DNA from: Candidatus Latescibacterota bacterium
GTDB lineage: Bacteria; Latescibacterota; UBA2968
Reading direction: 5' to 3'
NCBI GenBank assembly: GCA_965205975.1
Contig: OZ242195.1
Location: 1,440,001 to 1,504,000, forward strand
DNA: 64,000 nucleotides
Positions 38,701 through 44,679 of this stretch are shown one piece after another. A program made the position numbers and the translations under genes. The notes beneath the pieces are model-generated. The model was not told the origin of the DNA and searched no databases. It worked only from the letters and a program-made list of their open reading frames with translations. Positions within the stretch are counted from its first letter, which is position 1; every line of letters starts with the position of its first letter.

Positions 38701-40480
38701 TTCAGCAACCACCATTTTGGGCATGTTGCCTCTGGCACTCATATTTGGCGGCGATTACGAAATTTGGCCGCCCTTTGCGATTGTGGTAATCGGAGGGCTG
38801 GCGGTTTCAACGGTTTCCACCCTCGTGTTTATTCCCGTGGTGTACATGGGAATTGATCAGACTAAAGCCTGGCTGACGGATATTGGGTGGTTCGGGATCG
38901 TATTGGGAACAACGGCAGCTGCGGGATTGACGTATTGGGTTGACGATTATTACCAGAGTTTGTTCTGGACCTGTCTTTTGGCATTGCCAGCGTGGATGTT
39001 GTGTATGGGTGTGATCTGGGTTGTGCAACGCATTTATCGCGCGCGTATGGCTTCTCTTGCTGAGATCGGCAATATTGAACATCTCGAAATTCGCAATCTG
39101 ACCAAAATTTACGGCGCGCCGGGACGATTTAAGCACGAATGGGATCGCTTTAAGCGGCGTCATCAGCGCCTTTTAGAGCGCGGGCAGGTATTGGTAGATA
39201 AAAAGGCGATTAAGGACAGTTTGTGGTGGAAGTTACCACTTTTGGCACTTATGACCTATTTGGAAACCTATTTTGAACAGGGAACCTGGATCTTTTTGAC
39301 CGCGCTTGCTATGTGGGGCCTTGTACATCACCTCGTGCTATGTGCAGCTGCTTTGCGCGATTTTCGGATCGAGAATAGATGGATATCACAAATCGCCCGA
39401 TTGATTTTGCCGCTGGTCTTTGTGGCCTTTGTGCATTGGCGTTTGGAACTTATATCTTTGACTATAGCCACCAGTGCGATCTATTTGCTCTATCGCATTG
39501 TCGGATTTTTGGCAAATCGCGTTGCACAAGGACGCATTGATCCCGAGCATATACCGGGCAAATTAGGCCCTGTTAAAGGCATCGTGTACCGCGGAGCTGC
39601 CGCCATTCCCTTGATTGGGGTTCCCCGCCCACAATTCCAGGCTCTCGGAGGTGTAAGTCTCGATATTCCGCGCGGCATGTTTGGACTTCTGGGTCCCAAT
39701 GGCGCGGGCAAAACCACGCTGATGCGAATTGTGTGTCGGGTTCTGTCGTCAAATTACGGATCTGTGCTCGCCAATGGCAAAATACCGCTTACGCATCGGA
39801 ATATGCAGGGGGTGATTGGATATTTGCCGCAGCATTTTGGCCTTTATCTGCACATGTCTGCGTATAATTATCTGGAATACCGCGCGCTTTTGGAAGGATT
39901 TAAGGATGGGATGGCTCGGCGCAAGCGCGTTCAAGAATGCCTGGAACAGGTCAATCTGTGGGATAGGCGCGACGATCCGATTGGTTCGTTCTCTGGCGGC
40001 ATGAAACAGCGCGTGGGCATTGCACAAACCCTGTTGCACTTGCCGCAGATTATCGTAGTGGATGAACCGACAGCGGGATTGGACCCACTCGAGCGGATCC
40101 GGTTCAGAAATCTGCTGGCGCGATTTAGCCAGGAAAAAATCATTATTTTTTCCACACATATTGTCGAAGATATTGCGGGCAGTTGTAACCGATTGGCTGT
40201 GCTGAATCACGGTAAGGTGCTCTACACGGGAACCCCGATTGAAATGCGCGATTTGGCACGCGATAAGGTGTGGGAGGCTCTGCTGCCAGATCCGCGTTTT
40301 GAAGCGCTGGAACGCGACCTGGATATGATTACACATGTGCGCGTACCCGACGGGATTCGGGTGCGATTCCTCGCTACTGATCCCATCCCAGAAGCACATC
40401 CAGTTGCGCCCACCCTCGAAGATGCATACCTCTATCTTTTGCGACATGGCGATGAATACAAACAGGCTAACATGGCGTGA
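35756..40480 (+). CDS. RND permease fused to extra TM helices and a C-terminal ABC ATPase
   Basis: RND motifs '[14 protein letters not shown]' and 'RVRPVLMT', then 'GPNGAGKTT', 'FSGGMKQR', 'VVDEPT', 'STH' in one 1574-aa frame. Confidence 0.92.
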   Translation: [1574 protein letters not shown]

Positions 40481-41180
40481 GTTGCTTTTCTTTGTCGGAA
40501 AAATGCACAGCCTGAGCATGAAAATCGTGTTTCACCGCAAAATGATTTTTATGTTTGGCGGGATTGTGGCATATTACGCAATTTTGTACGCGATTGCAAT
40601 CTGGCGTCCAGGTGAAGGACTTTCAGTTGAACAAGCCCTCCATGTATTGGTTGAAGTACCGGGCACAGTGCTTGCAGTCTATCTGACGATGGATCTGGTG
40701 TCGGGGGAGAGAGATAAGGATACGCTCGAAATTCTGTTTAGCACGGCGATCAGTCACTACGCGACGTGGGCCGTGAGAATTGTGTCGATCAGCGCTGCGC
40801 TATTTGTCACGCTGATGGCAATGAGCACGATTTCCTACTATTTTTTTGCGGAATTCCCCTACCTTCTGGGGGGATTGAATGCATGTATCCCTGCCTTTTT
40901 TATGGTGGGAGCCACATTTTTGTTTTCTGTCTTGTGTCGCAGTGGCAATGCGGCAGGTATGCTCGCCGTTGGGCTTTTGATTGCGATTTTGCTTTCGACG
41001 GAGGTGTTTGAGGATACATCGTATTACCTTTTTCTCAAGCCATTTGACCCGCCTTCAGATTTAGATACCAGCCTGTGGGTAAATCGCGTGGTCTTAAACC
41101 GCGCGGGTATTGCCATTCTCGGTATATTGTTCATTTTTCTGGCTCTGAGGCGAATGATAGAACGCGAAAAGCTATTGTGA
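40446..41180 (+). CDS. ABC-2 type permease
   Basis: About 6 TMs; 'GERDKDTLEILFSTAIS' resembles the ABC-2 E..GT.E.L motif; overlaps the upstream gene. Confidence 0.8.
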   Translation: MAMNTNRLTWRELLFFVGKMHSLSMKIVFHRKMIFMFGGIVAYYAILYAIAIWRPGEGLSVEQALHVLVEVPGTVLAVYLTMDLVSGERDKDTLEILFSTAISHYATWAVRIVSISAALFVTLMAMSTISYYFFAEFPYLLGGLNACIPAFFMVGATFLFSVLCRSGNAAGMLAVGLLIAILLSTEVFEDTSYYLFLKPFDPPSDLDTSLWVNRVVLNRAGIAILGILFIFLALRRMIEREKLL

Positions 41181-41208
41181 TGGCGTGCTGTTGCAAAATC
41201 CGAGAGCT

Positions 41209-41262
41209 AAAACCCCTGTGAATGAGTACAACTGGCAGTTTGCTATTCATAGGGATTTTTTT
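41209..41262 (+). terminator. Long hairpin with T-tract closing the transporter operon
   Basis: ccctgtgaat...attcataggg followed by atttttt. Confidence 0.55.
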
Positions 41263-41355
41263 ATTTTCTTTATCTTGCCCAAATTGCGCGATTTATATAC
41301 CTTTGCTACTTTAGCATCTTAATATCTCATCACAGGGTAGGGGAGGAGAACATTT

Positions 41356-42018
41356 ATGCAGCCACCGCAACCGCAACAAGAAGATATACTGGTCTGGTTC
41401 CTCAAGGTTTGGGGTCAGATTGAAGCAAATTATATCAGAATCCTCACGGGATTTGGTATTGCCATTGTCGCTGCGTTGATAGTCCTGTTTTTTTATCGCA
41501 CACAAACACAACACGCAGAGGCGGCTCGCACAGCTCTCGGAGACGTTTATATCGCACTTTATGAAGGGCGCGTAGAAGATGCGCTTGCTGCATCGCAGGA
41601 AGTAATAGAAACCTACGCAGGCAAAGCCGAAGCGGGCGAAGCATTGATGGCACTGGCCAATTTGCACTATGAAGAAGGACGCATCGCAGAGGCCCAGACA
41701 TATTTTCAACAATACCTGGATGAATATCCAACAGATGGGCCATTGGGTTATGGTGCATGGTCGGGGTTGGCGTCCTGTTTTGAAAATGAAGAAAAATTTG
41801 CCGAAGCTGGTCAGCAGTTCGCATCCTTCGCAGAAGCACATCCCGGATCGCCATTTGCGCCGATAGCCCTGAAGGAAGCCGGCAGATGTTACGAACTCGG
41901 CAAAATGCCTCAGCAGGCGAGTGATGCGTATCAAAAGATCGTCAAAGAATACCATGAGTCGTCCGTCACAAGATTTGCACGCGGTCAATTGAACATGATG
42001 GGTATCGAGATAGATTAG
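41356..42018 (+). CDS. Membrane-anchored TPR protein (YfgM-like)
   Basis: Single N-terminal TM then TPR helices ('YLDEYP', 'FAEAHPGS', 'IVKEYHES'). Confidence 0.75.
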   Translation: MQPPQPQQEDILVWFLKVWGQIEANYIRILTGFGIAIVAALIVLFFYRTQTQHAEAARTALGDVYIALYEGRVEDALAASQEVIETYAGKAEAGEALMALANLHYEEGRIAEAQTYFQQYLDEYPTDGPLGYGAWSGLASCFENEEKFAEAGQQFASFAEAHPGSPFAPIALKEAGRCYELGKMPQQASDAYQKIVKEYHESSVTRFARGQLNMMGIEID

Positions 42019-42138
42019 ACACCTGTGGGATGGTGCATGAAAATAAATCATTGCGCCAATAATGCGAATCGGGTAGATTTCGTTTAGTAGTCGCGGGTTC
42101 GATCCCGTTACATCTCTAAGCCGTTGTAAGGACACTTC

Positions 42139-42366
42139 ATGGCAAATATTATCAACCCTCAATCGGATTCTGAAAGACTGGCAAAACTGGAAGGTCTAAT
42201 TGAGCAAATCGCCCAAAGGCTGACCAGCATCGAAAACCGCCTGAATAACATGGAAAGCCGCTTGAACAACCTGGAAAATCGCATGGACAAACACTTTCTT
42301 TGGGTTGTTGGTCTTATCCTTACAAGCTGGCTTTCGCTTGCGACACTGATCTTACTTAAAACCTGA
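42139..42366 (+). CDS. Small coiled-coil protein with a C-terminal TM helix (XhlA/DUF1640-like)
   Basis: Heptads 'IENRLNN-MESRLNN-LENRMDK' then a hydrophobic tail. Confidence 0.65.
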   Translation: MANIINPQSDSERLAKLEGLIEQIAQRLTSIENRLNNMESRLNNLENRMDKHFLWVVGLILTSWLSLATLILLKT

Positions 42367-42386
42367 TAGATAAGGCCACCAAAAAC

Positions 42387-42424
42387 AAAAAACTCCTTAT
42401 GCGCGTCGCGTAAGGAGTTTTTTT
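42387..42424. terminator. Bidirectional intrinsic terminator
   Basis: aaaaaactccttatgcg-cgt-cgcgtaaggagttttttt. Confidence 0.8.
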
Positions 42425-42492
42425 GATTGCATGCTATACGCTCATAAACTCCGCGAGTTAGGTTGCCCAAGTAGAAATTATCACTTCCAAAT

Positions 42493-42520
42493 ATACGGTA
42501 TAATAAGCATTATGTAAACT
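42493..42520 (+). other. dif: dif site (XerC/XerD chromosome dimer resolution)
   Basis: ATACGGTATAA-TAAGCA-TTATGTAAACT: 11-6-11 layout with inner ATAA/TTAT symmetry; right arm is a canonical XerD-type arm; intergenic at the gene-orientation switch. Confidence 0.85.
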
Positions 42521-42610
42521 CAATGCGAGAATCTGCACAAATCTTGTTTTGAACCGCTTTATCTAACCACTGGTAATCAACCCACATTTTTAGGTCCCTG
42601 TTTACTGTAA

Positions 42611-43219
42611 CTACGTCATTTCTTTTGTGTCCGCGCGTCCAAGTCCAAGAGCCCGTTGATATAACAGATCTGACAGCCGCTGATTCTCTTCTCGGAGTTT
42701 CTGAATCGTTTCAGCACTTTTCTGTGCGGTTATTTCTACTTCTTCTTGTTGTCTGTGCAGCCAATTTGCGTTTTGTTCTGCTTGTTTTTCCCTTTCTTTT
42801 GCCATATTCAGCTCTTCTCGCGTTTTTTCGAGTTCTTCTTTTAGAGCACGTGCTTCCGTCCATCCAGACGCTGATGACGCCTCTAATTGCGCATTGCGTT
42901 CGTTTATACTGCGAATTTCCGCTCTCAGTTCCCTTTCAACTGTTTCGATCGCTGCCAATTTTCCCAATTGCTGTTGCTGGGCTTCAAATTCAGATTTTTC
43001 GACGAAAATTTGATCGGGATTATGGCTCATATCAATATGATTTTCCCTCATTTTTTTTCCAAATTTTTTCCTAAATAATTCCTCAATTTCATCTCTGGAT
43101 ATTTGCCAGGTCCCATTCCATTTTTCAGGCTTTAAAAAACCTCTATTAATATAATTTCTTATTGTTTTATCAGTCACTTTGAGAATTTTTGCAGCCTCGA
43201 CAATCCCGTAACTTTCCAT
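42611..43219 (-). CDS. MerR/excisionase-like HTH protein with a long C-terminal coiled coil
   Basis: 'YGIVEAAKILKVTDKTIRNYINRGFLKPEK..GTWQI' followed by ~110 aa of heptads; AAGGAGG RBS. Confidence 0.8.
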   Translation of the reverse strand: MESYGIVEAAKILKVTDKTIRNYINRGFLKPEKWNGTWQISRDEIEELFRKKFGKKMRENHIDMSHNPDQIFVEKSEFEAQQQQLGKLAAIETVERELRAEIRSINERNAQLEASSASGWTEARALKEELEKTREELNMAKEREKQAEQNANWLHRQQEEVEITAQKSAETIQKLREENQRLSDLLYQRALGLGRADTKEMT

Positions 43220-43267
43220 CGTTTTCCTCCTTTATATATTCCAGTTTATTTGGAATTATTTTCTATT

Positions 43268-43296
43268 AAATTAGTATTATTTTTCCAAACTGTCAA
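43268..43296 (-). promoter_or_regulatory. Putative sigma-70 promoter of the HTH/coiled-coil gene
   Basis: TTGACA-17 bp-TAATTT on the minus strand. Confidence 0.5.
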
Positions 43297-43301
43297 GGAG
43301 C

Positions 43302-43346
43302 AAAATAACAAAAAAATAGGCATAAATAATGAATTTTTGTTATTTT
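43302..43346. repeat. 13-bp perfect inverted repeat with 19-bp spacer
   Basis: aaaataacaaaaa (43302-43314) / tttttgttatttt (43334-43346). Confidence 0.6.
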
Positions 43347-43509
43347 TTAAAAAAAGATGTACTTTACACGAATTTTCAAAAAATAAATGCCCCAAAAAAC
43401 AAAATAGAAACGAAACTGACTCTGAAAAAACAAGGGGGAAGTTAATTTTACAAAAAAACAAGGACCAGAGAGAAAAAACTAAAATTTGAAACAAAAAGAG
43501 AGGTAAAAA

Positions 43510-44601
43510 TTGGAAAACTTAAAAAAAACCCCACTAAACGAAACACACCACAAAACCAACGCCCGAATGGTTCCATTTGGCGGCTGGGAAATGCCGGTTC
43601 AATACGAGGGAATAGTCGCGGAACATCAAGCGGTGCGATCACAAGCTGGACTATTTGATGTCTCGCACATGGGCCAATTTGAATTTAAAGGCAGAGGAGC
43701 CAAAAAACTGGTCCAATTTCTAACTGCCAATGACATAGACCGCATTGGCATTGGGCGCGGGCAGTATTCTCTATTTCTCAACAAAAATGGCGGCGCAATT
43801 GACGACATCATCGTTTACCGCCTTGGCAACACAACCTATCTGATCGTTGTAAATGCCGCAAATGTCGATAAAGACTGGAAACATGTCCAGGAAGTCGCAA
43901 AATCCTTTGACAATGTTCAAGTAACTAATAGAAGTGAAGAATTTGCCCTTCTCGCGCTTCAAGGACCAAAAGCAGAGGCTGTACTCTCCCCTATCGCAAA
44001 TCGGAATCTCTCTGAAATTGGTTTTTTTCGCATTCGCAAAGCAGAACTCGCGGGAATACCCGTTCATATTGCCCGCACGGGATATACTGGCGAAGGATGG
44101 AATGGATTTGAAATATTTACACGAACAGAAGATGCAACGGGAACCTGGAATGCCCTCATCGCATCACCCGATATATCACCTGCAGGATTAGGCGCGCGAG
44201 ATACGCTCCGCATCGAAGCCTCTCTCCCTCTCTACGGGCAGGAACTCGACGAGACAACAACACCATTAGAAGCCGGGCTGGATATATTCGTCTCAAAGGC
44301 GGGGGGATTCTCCGGCGCAGAAGCCCTTGAAAAACAGCGCGTAAATGGCCTGCGAAAAACACTTGTTATGATCGAAATGATCGACCGCGGTATCCCTCGC
44401 CACGGTTACAAAATACTGGACAGTTCGGGAACTGAAATTGGCGAAGTCACCAGCGGCACGGCCGCGCCCTATCTCAAAAAAAATATCGCAATGGGTTATG
44501 TTCCGCCCAACCATTCAGAAATTGGGACAGAACTCGCCATTGCAATCCGAAACCGCACCCTCAAAGCGCGGATTGTTCCCCGACCATTTTTCAAGCGATA
44601 A
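43510..44601 (+). CDS. gcvT: Glycine cleavage system aminomethyltransferase T
   Basis: 'PFGGWEMPVQY', 'FDVSHMG', 'RTGYTGE', 'GLGARDTLRIEA', 'PRHGY'. Confidence 0.96.
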   Translation: MENLKKTPLNETHHKTNARMVPFGGWEMPVQYEGIVAEHQAVRSQAGLFDVSHMGQFEFKGRGAKKLVQFLTANDIDRIGIGRGQYSLFLNKNGGAIDDIIVYRLGNTTYLIVVNAANVDKDWKHVQEVAKSFDNVQVTNRSEEFALLALQGPKAEAVLSPIANRNLSEIGFFRIRKAELAGIPVHIARTGYTGEGWNGFEIFTRTEDATGTWNALIASPDISPAGLGARDTLRIEASLPLYGQELDETTTPLEAGLDIFVSKAGGFSGAEALEKQRVNGLRKTLVMIEMIDRGIPRHGYKILDSSGTEIGEVTSGTAAPYLKKNIAMGYVPPNHSEIGTELAIAIRNRTLKARIVPRPFFKR

Positions 44602-44621
44602 CTATCTATAAAATAATAGAT

Positions 44622-44654
44622 AAAAAAGAGACAGGTGCGAACCTGTCTCTTTTT
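44622..44654. terminator. Bidirectional intrinsic terminator between gcvT and leuS
   Basis: aaaaaagagacaggt-gcga-acctgtctcttttt. Confidence 0.85.
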
Positions 44655-44679
44655 CGGTACAGCCGTTGTGCAACGTCAA

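Noticed and set aside
41181..41195. TGGCGTGCTGTTGCA as a sigma-54 promoter
   Set aside because: GG-to-GC spacing is one base short, and it lies before a terminator.
42090..42108. tRNA T-arm-like sequence gtcgcgggttcgatcccgt
   Set aside because: The loop is one base short for the stem, and no acceptor, D or anticodon arms can be built; at most a remnant.
42139..43219. Xer-integrated mobile element at dif
   Set aside because: Only one dif copy was found, and no replication or phage genes are present.
43246..43494. Overlapping 79-82 aa ORFs on both strands
   Set aside because: Low-complexity Lys/Asn- or Phe/Leu-rich translations of A/T tracts, without RBS.
43220..43510. AT-rich region as oriC/DUE, or a glycine riboswitch upstream of gcvT
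   Set aside because: No DnaA-box cluster was seen, gene orientation converges as at a terminus, and no glycine aptamer motifs were recognised.
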